Source: Xanthobacteraceae bacterium (GTDB lineage: Bacteria; Pseudomonadota; Alphaproteobacteria; Rhizobiales; Xanthobacteraceae). Taken from it: a stretch of 64,000 nucleotides of DNA. Position numbers and translations under genes: made by a program. Positions 42,585 through 51,999 of this stretch are shown here, one piece after another (within the stretch, counting starts at the first letter, position 1; each line of letters opens with the position of its first letter). The notes below the pieces were generated by a model. It had not been told where the DNA came from. It saw only the letters and a list, made by a program, of their open reading frames with translations, and did no database searches. The stretch spans positions 1,365 through 65,364 of the forward strand of contig DASXAP010000165.1 of NCBI GenBank assembly GCA_036406655.1, in the 5' to 3' direction.

Positions 42585-45500
42585 ATGGCAAAGGCGGATT
42601 GGCATTTCTGGATCGATCGCGGCGGTACCTTCACCGACGTGATCGGCCGGCGGCCCGATGGCAGCCTGGTCGCGCATAAGCTGCTGTCGGACAATCCCGA
42701 GGCGTATCGCGACGCTGCCGTGCAGGGGATCCGCGATCTGCTGGGGCTCGCGCCCGGCGAGACGATCCCGTCGGGGCTGGTGGGTGCCGTCAAGATGGGC
42801 ACCACCGTCGCCACCAATGCGCTGCTCGAGCGCAAGGGCGAGCGCACGCTTCTCCTCATCACCAGGGGCTTCCGCGACGCGCTGAAGATCGGGCATCAGG
42901 CCCGCCCGAAGATCTTCGCGCGTCACATCATCAAGCCGGAAATGCTCTATGAGCGGGTGGTCGAGGTGGACGAGCGCGTCCGCGCCGACGGCACGGTCGA
43001 GCGCCCCCTCGATCTCTCTCAGGTGCGGCCCGAGCTTGCGGCCGCCCTCGCCGCCGGGATCAGGGCGGTCGCCATCGTCTTCATGCATGCCTACCGGCAC
43101 GCCGAGCATGAGCGGCGCGTGGGCGCCCTCGCGCGCGAGCTGGGCTTCCCGCAGGTGTCGGTCAGTCACGAGGTCTCGCCGCTGATCAAGCTGGTGGGGC
43201 GCGGCGACACCACCGTGGTCGACGCTTATCTCTCGCCCATCCTCGAGCGCTACGTGGCTCAGGTCGCGCAGGAGCTGGGGGCGGGCGGGGAGCTCGAGCA
43301 CCCCTCGCTCGGGAACCGAGACTCGCCGCGCCTCATGTTCATGATGTCGTCGGGCGGGCTCACGGCGGCCGAGCTGTTTCAGGGCAAGGATGCGATTCTG
43401 TCCGGACCGGCCGGGGGTGTGGTCGGGATGGCGGAGACCGGACGGTCTGCCGGCTTTCATCGCCTGATCGGTTTCGACATGGGCGGCACCTCGACCGACG
43501 TGTCCCATTACGACGGCGAGTACGAGCGTGCCTTCGAAACCGAGGTTGCCGGCGTGCGCATGCGCGCACCGATGATGCTGATCCATACGGTGGCGGCCGG
43601 CGGCGGCTCGATCCTGCATTTCGACGGCGCCCGGTTCCGGGTCGGCCCGGATTCCGCCGCCGCCAATCCGGGCCCCAAGTGCTATCGACGCGGCGGCCCG
43701 CTCGCGCTCACCGATGCGAACGTCATGGTCGGCAAGCTGATCGCCGATTTCTTCCCCAGGATGTTCGGACCGCAGCAGGATCTGCCGCTCGATGCCGCGG
43801 CGGTGCGGGCAGGATTTACCGAACTCGCGCACAGGATCGGCGACGGCCGCAGCGCCGAGGCGGTAGCCGACGGGTTCATCAAGATCGCGGTGGAGAACAT
43901 GGCCAATGCGATCAAGAAGATTTCCGTGCAACGCGGCTACGATGTCACTCGCTATGCGCTGAACTGCTTCGGCGGCGCAGGGGGCCAGCATGCCTGCCTG
44001 GTTGCCGATGCGCTGGGCATGACCCGGGTGCTCATCCATCCGTTCTCTTCCCTGATGTCGGCCTATGGCATGGGGCTTGCCGACATCCGTGCAACGCGCC
44101 AGCAGGCGATCGAGGAATCGCTCGGGGAGGCCGCGCTGCGCGCCATCACGAGCACCGGCACGCGGCTCGGAGACGACGCCCGCACCGAGATCATCGGCCA
44201 GGGCATCGCCGATGGCGCCATCGCGGTGCACGTGCGTGCACATATCCGCTATTCCGGCACCGATACCGCCCTCGTCGTGCCGGCATTCTCGTCAATCCCT
44301 TCGGCGAACGGCCCCGCCCCGATCGGCTCGAGAGAGCCCTCGCTCGCCGCCATGAAATCCGCATTCGAAGCCGCGCACCGATCGCGGTTCGGCTTCATCG
44401 ACGACTCGAAGGAGCTGGTCGTCGAAGCGGTATCGGTGGAGGCGATCGGCGGCGGCTCGAAATTCAGCGAACCTGAGCACGCGCCGACCGACGCCCGGCC
44501 GCCGGCTCCCGTCCAGCTCACGCGCTTCTATTCCGGCGGCGAGTGGCGCGAGGCCGCAGTGCATGTCCGCGAGAAGCTTGCGCCAGGCCACAAGGTGCGC
44601 GGTCCGGCGATCGTCATCGAGCCGCACCAGACCGTGGTGGTGGAGGACGGCTGGCAGGCCGAGATCACTGCCAAGAACCACCTCGTGCTCGAACGGGTCG
44701 TGCCGCTCGACCGAACGAGCGCGATCGGCACCGCAGCCGACCCGGTGATGCTGGAAATCTTCAACAACCTGTTCATGTCGATCGCCGAGCAGATGGGAGT
44801 ATCGCTGCAGAACACGGCTTATTCCGTCAACATCAAGGAACGACTCGACTTTTCCTGCGCGGTGTTCGCCGCCGATTCGACGCTCGTCGCCAACGCCCCG
44901 CACGTGCCGGTGCATCTCGGCTCGATGGACCGCGCGGTGGAGAGCATCATTCGCGAGAACGAGGGCGGCGTCGCACCCGGCGACGCGTACGCGATCAACG
45001 CACCCTATAACGGGGGAACGCATCTGCCCGACATCACCGTCTGCACGCCGGTCTTCGACGACGCCCAGCGCGAAATCCTGTTTTGGGTGGCCTCGCGCGG
45101 TCATCACGCCGACGTCGGCGGCATCTCGCCGGGCTCGATGTCGCCCAACGCGACCACGATCGAGGAGGAGGGCGTCTACATCGACAACTTCAAGGTGGTC
45201 GATCGCGGACGCTTCCGCGAGCAGGCGCTCTACCACCTGCTCGAGGGCGCCAAATATCCTGCCCGCAACCCGCTGCAGAACGTCAATGACATCAAGGCGC
45301 AGATCGCGGCGAACGAGAAGGGCGCGCAGGAGCTGCGCAAGATGGTGGCGCAGTTCACGCTGCCGGTGGTCAAGGCCTACATGCAGCACGTCCAGGACAA
45401 TGCCGCCGAAAGCGTCCGCCGCGTGATCGACCGCATCCACGATGCATCGTTCGAATACGAGATGGACCAGGGGACCCGGATCCGGGTCAGCATCACCGTC

Positions 45501-46271
45501 GACAAGGACAGGCGTGAGGCGACGGTCGACTTTACCGGCACCTCGCCGCAACAGCCCACGAACTTCAATGCGCCCGAGCCGGTGGCGCGCGCCGCGGTGC
45601 TCTACGTGTTTCGGGTCATGGTGGATGACGAAATCCCGATGAACGCCGGCTGCCTGCGTCCGATCAACATCGTCATTCCCAAGCGATCGATGCTGTCGCC
45701 GCAATATCCGGCCGCGGTCGTCGCCGGCAACGTGGAAACCTCGCAGGCGGTCACCGACACGCTGTTCGGTGCCCTTGGTGCGCTCGCGGCGGCGCAGGGC
45801 ACCATGAACAATCTGAACTTCGGCAATGCCAGATACCAGTATTACGAGACGATCTGCTCCGGTTCACCGGCAGGTCCGGGCTTTCCCGGCACGGATGCCG
45901 TGCACACGCACATGACCAACACGCGCCTGACCGACCCCGAGGTGCTCGAATTCCGCTTTCCGGTGGTGCTGGAGGACTTCCACATCCGCCCGGGCTCCGG
46001 CGGGCGCGGCCGCTGGAGCGCCGGCGACGGGGTCCGCCGAGCGATCCGCTTCCTGGAGAAGATGGATTGCACCATCTTGTCCGGCCATCGGCGCGTGCCG
46101 CCGTTCGGACTTTTCGGCGGAGCGCCGGGTCAAGTCGGCGAGAACTGGGTCCGGCGGCGGGACGGGCGGATGGAAATGCTCGAGGGCTGCGACGCCACCG
46201 TGATCGATGCCGGCGAGGCGATCATCATCCAGACGCCCACGGCCGGCGGCTATGGCCGCCCCGAAAGCTGA
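42585..46271 (+). CDS. 5-oxoprolinase / hydantoinase-oxoprolinase family protein (fused HyuA-HyuB, ATP-hydrolysing)
   Basis: [21 protein letters not shown] at the N-terminus (hydantoinase A type) and a hydantoinase B-type C-terminal half, about 1228 aa. Start trimmed to ATG 42585 because the 5' part of ORF 42411..46271 lies inside rnpB. Confidence 0.9.
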   Translation: MAKADWHFWIDRGGTFTDVIGRRPDGSLVAHKLLSDNPEAYRDAAVQGIRDLLGLAPGETIPSGLVGAVKMGTTVATNALLERKGERTLLLITRGFRDALKIGHQARPKIFARHIIKPEMLYERVVEVDERVRADGTVERPLDLSQVRPELAAALAAGIRAVAIVFMHAYRHAEHERRVGALARELGFPQVSVSHEVSPLIKLVGRGDTTVVDAYLSPILERYVAQVAQELGAGGELEHPSLGNRDSPRLMFMMSSGGLTAAELFQGKDAILSGPAGGVVGMAETGRSAGFHRLIGFDMGGTSTDVSHYDGEYERAFETEVAGVRMRAPMMLIHTVAAGGGSILHFDGARFRVGPDSAAANPGPKCYRRGGPLALTDANVMVGKLIADFFPRMFGPQQDLPLDAAAVRAGFTELAHRIGDGRSAEAVADGFIKIAVENMANAIKKISVQRGYDVTRYALNCFGGAGGQHACLVADALGMTRVLIHPFSSLMSAYGMGLADIRATRQQAIEESLGEAALRAITSTGTRLGDDARTEIIGQGIADGAIAVHVRAHIRYSGTDTALVVPAFSSIPSANGPAPIGSREPSLAAMKSAFEAAHRSRFGFIDDSKELVVEAVSVEAIGGGSKFSEPEHAPTDARPPAPVQLTRFYSGGEWREAAVHVREKLAPGHKVRGPAIVIEPHQTVVVEDGWQAEITAKNHLVLERVVPLDRTSAIGTAADPVMLEIFNNLFMSIAEQMGVSLQNTAYSVNIKERLDFSCAVFAADSTLVANAPHVPVHLGSMDRAVESIIRENEGGVAPGDAYAINAPYNGGTHLPDITVCTPVFDDAQREILFWVASRGHHADVGGISPGSMSPNATTIEEEGVYIDNFKVVDRGRFREQALYHLLEGAKYPARNPLQNVNDIKAQIAANEKGAQELRKMVAQFTLPVVKAYMQHVQDNAAESVRRVIDRIHDASFEYEMDQGTRIRVSITVDKDRREATVDFTGTSPQQPTNFNAPEPVARAAVLYVFRVMVDDEIPMNAGCLRPINIVIPKRSMLSPQYPAAVVAGNVETSQAVTDTLFGALGALAAAQGTMNNLNFGNARYQYYETICSGSPAGPGFPGTDAVHTHMTNTRLTDPEVLEFRFPVVLEDFHIRPGSGGRGRWSAGDGVRRAIRFLEKMDCTILSGHRRVPPFGLFGGAPGQVGENWVRRRDGRMEMLEGCDATVIDAGEAIIIQTPTAGGYGRPES

Positions 46272-46594
46272 CGCCGGCGTTGCGGCGATCCCGTGCGATG
46301 GCGCGCGTTCCTGTCGCGGCGCGGCGGCAACGTCTGCGGCGCCGACGGCACGAGCATGCCGATGCGAGCCGCCTCGGATCGATCGCGTGCCTTGAGCCTT
46401 TCGCTCTCGCCGTGCTCGTGCACCCGCTGGCACTCCGCCCAGCGCGCGAGCAGCCAGCGGGTGCGCTGGAGCAGATCCCTCGCGGCCTCGATCTGAATCC
46501 AGGCCGCTTCGACCTCACGCCGACACTGCTCGATGTGGCGCCGTGCCGACGGCACGGCGGTGCCAGGTTGATGGATGCCGATCGTTTCGATCAT
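46250..46594 (-). CDS. Hypothetical protein (114 aa), predicted helical and Arg-rich
   Basis: The open frame shows genome-typical high GC3 over at least the first 75 codons (my hand reading). No SD seen. The 3' end overlaps the convergent oxoprolinase gene by 22 nt. No family recognised. Confidence 0.3.
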   Translation of the reverse strand: MIETIGIHQPGTAVPSARRHIEQCRREVEAAWIQIEAARDLLQRTRWLLARWAECQRVHEHGESERLKARDRSEAARIGMLVPSAPQTLPPRRDRNARHRTGSPQRRRQLSGRP

Positions 46595-46833
46595 GAGCGG
46601 TGAACGTCGAGCGGCAGTCGGTGTTCCTCGCGGCAGCCATGAAGGCGGCGCTCCCGCCCCCAGAGCCCGACCGGAACGAATTTCACGGATCGTCGTGGCC
46701 GAGGCTTATCCGGGCTTGTCTCGGCCCTCCGCGTCTTTGCATAAGCGCGCCGATGCGTGCTCAATCCGGCGACGAACAGGATGGCCGGGCAAGCCGCCCC
46801 GCCATCCCTCGGGGATACAGCGGCGATTGCGCC

Positions 46834-47784
46834 TCAGGTCTGCTGGATCGCCGACAGCAACCACTGCCCGCCGCGCTTGCGCATGAAGGTCCACACCTCC
46901 GTCGCCTCGTCGGCGCCGCCTTCCAGCACGCGGGCGCCGTCGCGCTCGACCATCCGATCCGTCAGCGAATACCGCATGGCTACCGTGGCGTAGTCCATAT
47001 CCCCTTCGCGCCAGGCCTCGGCCAGATCCCCCTGCAGGAGCTTCACGTCCGAGATCCGGTTGACCACGCCCTTGCTCGCATTGGCTGCGAGCTCTTCGGC
47101 AAAATAGGAGAGCATCTCCGGCGTTACCCGCGCGCGCAGGCAATTGAGATCCTCGGCGCCGTAGCCGGTCTGGATTTCACCGAGCAGGCGCTCGAACGTG
47201 TTGAAGTCCTCCGGGGTGAGGCCGACCTCGTCCGCTCCCGGAGTCCGCGCGGCAACCGCAGCGCCGCCGCCGCCGACTCCATATGTCGGGCGCGCGCCGG
47301 GATAGCCCGAGCTCAGGTCGCGCATCAGCGGGGCACCGGCCAATGCCGGCTGGCTCCGCCTTTGCCACCAGTTCCACAGCAGATAGCCGATCGCGGCAAT
47401 CAAGCCGATCTGCAGCATGAGGCCGAACAGCGAGGCAATACCGCCGAGCCCGCCGGCGAACCCGTGGCCAAACAGCATGCCGAGCAAGCCGGCACCGAGG
47501 AAGCCGGCGAACAAGCCGCCGAGGAAGCCGGGCCGTCCGAAAAAGCCGCCGCTTGGAGCGCTCATCGGACGTTGCCCGAAGGTCCTGGTGCCGGGCTGCG
47601 TCATGCTGCGCTCGATCGGCCTCGCACTGGGCGAAGTCGCTGTCGACGGCGGGGCCGAGAACGTCTGCGAGCCGCGGCTGCCTGCGCTGAATCGAGGCCG
47701 AGCGTCGGCACTAGAGACGATCAGCAGCACCGCTGCAACCACCGCGCACAATGCGAGCAGCACGCGCGAGCAAAGGCGGAGCAT
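46834..47784 (-). CDS. Tim44-like domain protein (secreted/membrane-anchored)
   Basis: Signal/anchor MLRLCSRVLLALCAVVAAVLLIV, a Gly-rich hydrophobic middle, and a C-terminal about 150 aa (..FERLLGEIQTGY..LRARVTPEMLSYF..DVKLLQGDLAEAW..WTFMR....W.LSAIQQ) matching the Tim44 C-terminal fold family. GAGGGAGGAA lies upstream of ATG 47784. Confidence 0.8.
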   Translation of the reverse strand: MLRLCSRVLLALCAVVAAVLLIVSSADARPRFSAGSRGSQTFSAPPSTATSPSARPIERSMTQPGTRTFGQRPMSAPSGGFFGRPGFLGGLFAGFLGAGLLGMLFGHGFAGGLGGIASLFGLMLQIGLIAAIGYLLWNWWQRRSQPALAGAPLMRDLSSGYPGARPTYGVGGGGAAVAARTPGADEVGLTPEDFNTFERLLGEIQTGYGAEDLNCLRARVTPEMLSYFAEELAANASKGVVNRISDVKLLQGDLAEAWREGDMDYATVAMRYSLTDRMVERDGARVLEGGADEATEVWTFMRKRGGQWLLSAIQQT

Positions 47785-47961
47785 GGCTTCTTCCTCCCTC
47801 GAAGGCCGAGTAAAGACCGCGTTAATATTGGTGTTGCCGGTGCCGATGCAAAGGCCCGTCGATAAGCTGCGCGAATCGCTATGGAATTGGCGGACTTGCG
47901 AAGCCGGTGCGTCCATTGCGGCAACGAACGAGCAGCGCAGCTCCCATCGGCGAGCCGGCGC

Positions 47962-49101
47962 TCAATCCTCGCCGTCGTTGCCCGGCACGGCGAGCGGCAG
48001 CACCGGGAAACGATCATCTGCGTAGGAGCGCAGCCGGCCCACCGGGGCCGGCGATGCGCGCGATGTCAGCGCACCGGTGATACCGGATGGCGTTCGCCTG
48101 CCCGCGTATCGGGTCGCGGCTCTTGCCGCTGCTTCCTCGCCCGAGGAGGCGGGGGGATTGCAGGCGTGGCGATCGTCCGCTCGCCGCATCAGATCGACGT
48201 GGATGTGGTCGTAATGGTAGGCATTGGAGCCGGGCGCCAGCACCGTAGTGAATTGGTCGCAGGCAGCGGCCTGGACGTCACGGAGAAAGCCTTGCTCTTC
48301 AGGCAGGCCATTCCAGCCGTTCTTCACAGTGACGGTGCGGCCGTCGGCGAGCGTGAAGGAGGCGATGTCGAGCGCGTTGCCGAAGGCGTGCTCGGAAATA
48401 TGGCTATACGGATTGCCGTTCATGCCTCGGCATGAATAGGCGGAAATCTGCCTGATCTCGGACACCGGTGATCCGAACCAGCGGATCGCTGCCGGCTGCA
48501 CGGCTTGCGCGATCCAGCGCTCGAGCCCGGACACGATCGGACATGCCAGCGTTGCCGTCGGCGTGACCGAAACCGGCTGCATCGTCGTCGCGAGGACGAC
48601 GCCGGACGAGCGCCCGAATGGGGTTGAAGCCGGCGTCTGCTCGCGTATCAGGCCATGGGAGGGACTGCTGCCCGACCTCGCCGCTGCATAAGGCTCAGGC
48701 CCGCCGCTCGACGGCTCGGCCACGCCGGGCACGCGCGGCGATGCCTGCGGTTGCGGAGACGCCCCTCCGGTAATCGGCCATGGCGGCGGAACGGCGGAGG
48801 AGGGGTGGGCGGGAATTGCCCGCGGCGGGCGCAGATCATCGGCAAACCCGAGCGGCGTGCTGTCGCCCAGGGCCGAGACCCGCAACGGAAAATCGGCTCC
48901 GCAAACTCCCGGCCCGCGGATCGCGTTGACCCGCACCATGCCCGCGCCCTCAGCGATGGCGCCTGAATTGAGACACTCGACCTCGGCCTCGTGCCGCCAC
49001 GGTTCGCGCTGGACGAAGAAGCTTCCGCTGCAGTCCGCAAGCACGCACAGGAGGGCGAAAATGATGCAGCCGAAGAGATAAGGGCGAGCCTGCCGTCCCA
49101 T
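47962..49101 (-). CDS. Extensin-like C-terminal domain protein
   Basis: N-terminal anchor with Cys, a Pro-rich linker, and C-terminal ..ACPIVSGLERW......ISAYSCRGMNGNPYSHISEHAFGNALDI..F.L.DGR...V...W......FLR......C..F.TVL.PG.N..H.DH.H.D, recalled as the Extensin-like_C family pattern. Confidence 0.8.
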   Translation of the reverse strand: MGRQARPYLFGCIIFALLCVLADCSGSFFVQREPWRHEAEVECLNSGAIAEGAGMVRVNAIRGPGVCGADFPLRVSALGDSTPLGFADDLRPPRAIPAHPSSAVPPPWPITGGASPQPQASPRVPGVAEPSSGGPEPYAAARSGSSPSHGLIREQTPASTPFGRSSGVVLATTMQPVSVTPTATLACPIVSGLERWIAQAVQPAAIRWFGSPVSEIRQISAYSCRGMNGNPYSHISEHAFGNALDIASFTLADGRTVTVKNGWNGLPEEQGFLRDVQAAACDQFTTVLAPGSNAYHYDHIHVDLMRRADDRHACNPPASSGEEAAARAATRYAGRRTPSGITGALTSRASPAPVGRLRSYADDRFPVLPLAVPGNDGED

Positions 49102-49495
49102 GCGGCGGAGAATGCGATCCTGTTTGTTAATGGCACTTCAAGGATTTACGGCGACAGCGAAGCCCTGCTGCACGGCTCGCGTCATGGTTTAGGAATGCTT
49201 GATGGCTCCGCGGGCCGCGAGCAGATTTGCCGTTAACCATATGCGAGTCCATCCATTATTCTGCCCGACCGTGGTAGCCGCCCCGCTCCATGGGTGCCTG
49301 ACACGCACGCCGGGCCTTCTTCCAGGGGATGCTCATGGGCCTGGTCGTTATCCGGCGGTTTCAACGCAAAATCAGGGCTTTGCTGGAGGGCGTCGCAAAT
49401 TGCTGCCCTGCAATTTTGCAGCGCAACATGGTTGCTCTTTCTCGTTTGCCGGGCGTTCTGTTAAGATTCGTTTATCCTGACGAAGGAGACTGCGC

Positions 49496-49579
49496 GTGGA
49501 CCTTGCCTTGCGGCTCGATGTGCTGGCGATGTGCGCCGTGCTCGCGTTCATCGGCGCCATCCTGCTCGGCGCGTTCTGA
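49496..49579 (+). CDS. Candidate small hydrophobic protein (27 aa): V/M-DLALRLDVLAMCAVLAFIGAILLGAF
   Basis: Below the ORF-track length cut-off. GTG 49496 lies 7 nt after AAGGAG (49483-88). 24 of 26 internal codons end in G/C although the surrounding region is AT-richer. One predicted TM helix. TGA at 49577-79, and an intrinsic terminator 69 nt downstream. Confidence 0.4.
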   Translation: MDLALRLDVLAMCAVLAFIGAILLGAF

Positions 49580-49647
49580 GCTCGAGCACGGCAGACGAAG
49601 CCCGCGTCCGATTCAATGCTTGTTGCGGGGGCGGGCCGATAGTTCAG

Positions 49648-49682
49648 ACACCGGCGACGGTCTCGCCGGTGTTTTCATTTTT
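49648..49682 (+). terminator. Rho-independent terminator
   Basis: Perfect 10-bp stem ACACCGGCGA (49648-57) / TCGCCGGTGT (49663-72), 5-nt loop CGGTC, followed by TTTCATTTTT. There is no U-tract on the opposite strand, so it is unidirectional (+). Confidence 0.7.
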
Positions 49683-49711
49683 CAGGAGCTGGCGTCAGGG
49701 CCCTCGATCGT

Positions 49712-50080
49712 TCATTTGCGAATCTGAAGGGATTGCCCCCAATGCTCCACCGACCGGCGCGCGGTGACCAGAACGGCACGAGCCTGCCGGCCAAATCTCC
49801 GCAGCTGCCGGCCGGGAGCGGAACGCCTCCCGAGATCGAGTTTTGCCATCAGCGGCGCAACACGAAAGCTCATGCTCCGTCCCACGAGCCTCGGCCGCAA
49901 CAAGGCGACGAGATCCTGGTGCCGTGCAATTTCGCGCTGAGCAGAGATCGCCCGCGCTTCATAGATCCGGTCCATGACCTGTTGCCAATAATCTTCGCAT
50001 TCCGATGCAAGCGAGGCGCAAGCCTCGCAGCGAGGCTCGTCCTTTTCTGCATCGCGGTTCCGCAGAGCTTGCGCGCCCAT
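49712..50080 (-). CDS. Hypothetical protein (122 aa), compositionally atypical
   Basis: ATG 50080 lies 6 nt after GGAGG. Translation MGAQALRNRDAEKDEPRCEACASLASECEDYWQQVMDRIYEARAISAQREIARH... By my hand count GC3 is only about two-thirds, clearly below neighbouring genes. No family recognised. Confidence 0.3.
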   Translation of the reverse strand: MGAQALRNRDAEKDEPRCEACASLASECEDYWQQVMDRIYEARAISAQREIARHQDLVALLRPRLVGRSMSFRVAPLMAKLDLGRRSAPGRQLRRFGRQARAVLVTARRSVEHWGQSLQIRK

Positions 50081-50248
50081 CCTGAGCCTCCACAAGGCTT
50101 CGGTCCGGAATCAAGACCACTGCCGGATCATTAACCCTGCACCGCGAGCCCATCTGTGATGGAGGTCACACTGCAGGACCCGCAGCCGTGAGGCTCGCCG
50201 AGAGGGCGATCTACAGGTCACCCGGCGGGAACGGAGGAATGCAAGCCC

Positions 50249-50620
50249 ATGACCATCCTGCTCAATCACACCATCGTTCCGGCGCGCGACAAGGTGGCTG
50301 CCGCCCGGTTCTTTGCGGAAATTTTCGGCTTGACGCCTCCCCCGCATGCGGGCGGCCACTTCGCCCCGGTGCGGGTGAACGAGAGCCTCACGCTTCTGTT
50401 CGATCAGGACGACAGCTTCGAAAGCCATCACTACGCGTTTCACGTGAGCGAGCCCGAGTTCGACGCAATCTTCGGCCGGATCAAGCGGGCAGGACTCGCC
50501 TATGGCAGCGCGCCTTGGAGCCTCGACGATGGCAAGCTCAATGACTGGAACGGGGGCCGCGGCTTATACTTCAGCGACCCGAACGGCCACGTGCTCGAAT
50601 TGATGACCGTGCCGCAGTGA
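50249..50620 (+). CDS. VOC (glyoxalase/bleomycin-resistance/dioxygenase) family protein
   Basis: 123 aa: MTILLNHTIVPARDK...HYAFHVSEPEFDAIFGRIK...GGRGLYFSDPNGHVLELMT is the paired beta-alpha-beta-beta-beta VOC pattern. GGAGGA lies upstream. Confidence 0.85.
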   Translation: MTILLNHTIVPARDKVAAARFFAEIFGLTPPPHAGGHFAPVRVNESLTLLFDQDDSFESHHYAFHVSEPEFDAIFGRIKRAGLAYGSAPWSLDDGKLNDWNGGRGLYFSDPNGHVLELMTVPQ

Positions 50621-51993
50621 GGCTCACCATGGCTGATCAACCGGTAGTGCAGGTCTCCCAGCTGCTGAACGAGCGCGGCCTCGGCCCGTTTCAGATCAAG
50701 CTGCTCGTCTGGTCGCTGTTCATCGTCTTCATCGACGGCTACGACATCGGCGCCATCGCCTTTGCGGCGCCGCATCTCGTCGAAGCATGGCACATCGAGC
50801 GATCGGCACTGGGGCCGGTCTTGAGCGCGAGCCTCGTCGGCATCCTTTTCGGCTCCGCGATTTTCGGCTGGGTCGGAGACCACTATGGCAGGAAGGCCGC
50901 GCTCATCAGCTCCATGCTGCTGTTCGGGGCGTTCACCTGGATTGCTGCCTATTCCACCAGCCTCGATCAGCTGTTCTGGCTGCGGCTGGTCGCCGGCCTC
51001 GGCATCGGCGGGGTGATCCCCAACGTCATCGCGATCAATGCGGAGTCGGCGCCGCGACGCCTGCGGGCGACGTTGGCGATCATTGCGGTCGGCCTGGTGC
51101 CGATCGGCGGGGCCATCCCGGGCCTGGTTTCAGCGACCCTGGTGCCGCACTACGGCTGGCCGATCCTCTTTCTCATCGGCGGCATTGCACCCATCGTCAT
51201 CGCCTTCGCGGCGATGCTCGGCCTGCCGGAATCCATCAAGTTCATGGCGCTCCGCGAGAGCCAGCGTCGCAACATGGAGGCGGTGATCGCGGCGATCCGA
51301 CCCCAGCTCCGCGTGCCCGCGAATGCCCGGTTCGTCATCGAGGACGAGAAGCAGTTTCCGGGGTTCAATCCCGCCTACCTGTTCCATGAAGGGCTCGCCC
51401 TCATCACACCGCTGCTGTGGCTGCTGTTCGCCCTCAACTTGATGGGCTTTTTCTTCCTGTTCAGCTGGACCCCGACGTTGCTGACCGCGGCCCGTCTGCC
51501 GCCCGCAACAGCCGCCCTCGCCACGTCGGTAATGCAGGTCGGCGGGACCGTCGGCTCGCTGCTGCTCGCGCGCTGGATGGACAGATATCGTTTTCTCGCC
51601 ATCACCATCCTGTTCCTGATCGCGGTGCCGGTGGTGGCCTCGATCGGATATGCGGGCATGGCTTCCCAGGCGCTTCTGATGGTCGCCACGTTCTTCGCCG
51701 GCTTCTGCGTGCTCGGCATCCAGTCGGGCATCAACGTCGCGGGGGCACTGGTCTATCCGACCTCGTTGCGCGCCAACGGCTCGGGGTGGCAGCTGGGGAT
51801 CGGCCGGCTCGGCTCGATCATCGGCCCGCTGCTCGGGGCGCTGTTCGTGTCGCTTCCGGTCCAGCAGCTCTATGCCTGGTCGGCGCTGCCGTTTGCACTG
51901 GGTGCCGTCATCTGCTTAGCGGTCCACAATCTGAACAAGGCTCGCCTGGCCGAACGGGCCTGGTTGCGCGAGCACGAAGCGCAGGCGCCCTGA
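50617..51993 (+). CDS. MFS transporter, aromatic acid/H+ symporter (AAHS, PcaK/BenK-like) subfamily
   Basis: ...FIDGYDIGAIAFAAP......GDHYGRKAALI...LRLVAGLGIGGVIPN... is AAHS-type motif spacing with 12 TM. GTG 50617 overlaps the VOC stop; the alternative ATG is at 50629. Confidence 0.85.
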   Translation: MRLTMADQPVVQVSQLLNERGLGPFQIKLLVWSLFIVFIDGYDIGAIAFAAPHLVEAWHIERSALGPVLSASLVGILFGSAIFGWVGDHYGRKAALISSMLLFGAFTWIAAYSTSLDQLFWLRLVAGLGIGGVIPNVIAINAESAPRRLRATLAIIAVGLVPIGGAIPGLVSATLVPHYGWPILFLIGGIAPIVIAFAAMLGLPESIKFMALRESQRRNMEAVIAAIRPQLRVPANARFVIEDEKQFPGFNPAYLFHEGLALITPLLWLLFALNLMGFFFLFSWTPTLLTAARLPPATAALATSVMQVGGTVGSLLLARWMDRYRFLAITILFLIAVPVVASIGYAGMASQALLMVATFFAGFCVLGIQSGINVAGALVYPTSLRANGSGWQLGIGRLGSIIGPLLGALFVSLPVQQLYAWSALPFALGAVICLAVHNLNKARLAERAWLREHEAQAP

Positions 51994-51999
51994 GGTTGC

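Noticed and set aside
42441-44243. 600-aa minus-strand ORF
   Set aside because: Antisense to the 5-oxoprolinase gene and overlapping rnpB. No recognisable motifs, so a high-GC artefact.
49233-49240. CtrA-type half-site TTAACCAT, plus loose TTAA-N7-TCAA (about 49127-41) and TTAA-N7-TTAT (49461-75) in the gene-poor region
   Set aside because: There is a single 8-mer plus degenerate full sites in an AT-richer stretch, which chance could produce. I cannot assess enrichment or conservation without tools. The TTAA-N7-TTAT site also overlaps the SOS-like repeat, so at most one interpretation can hold.
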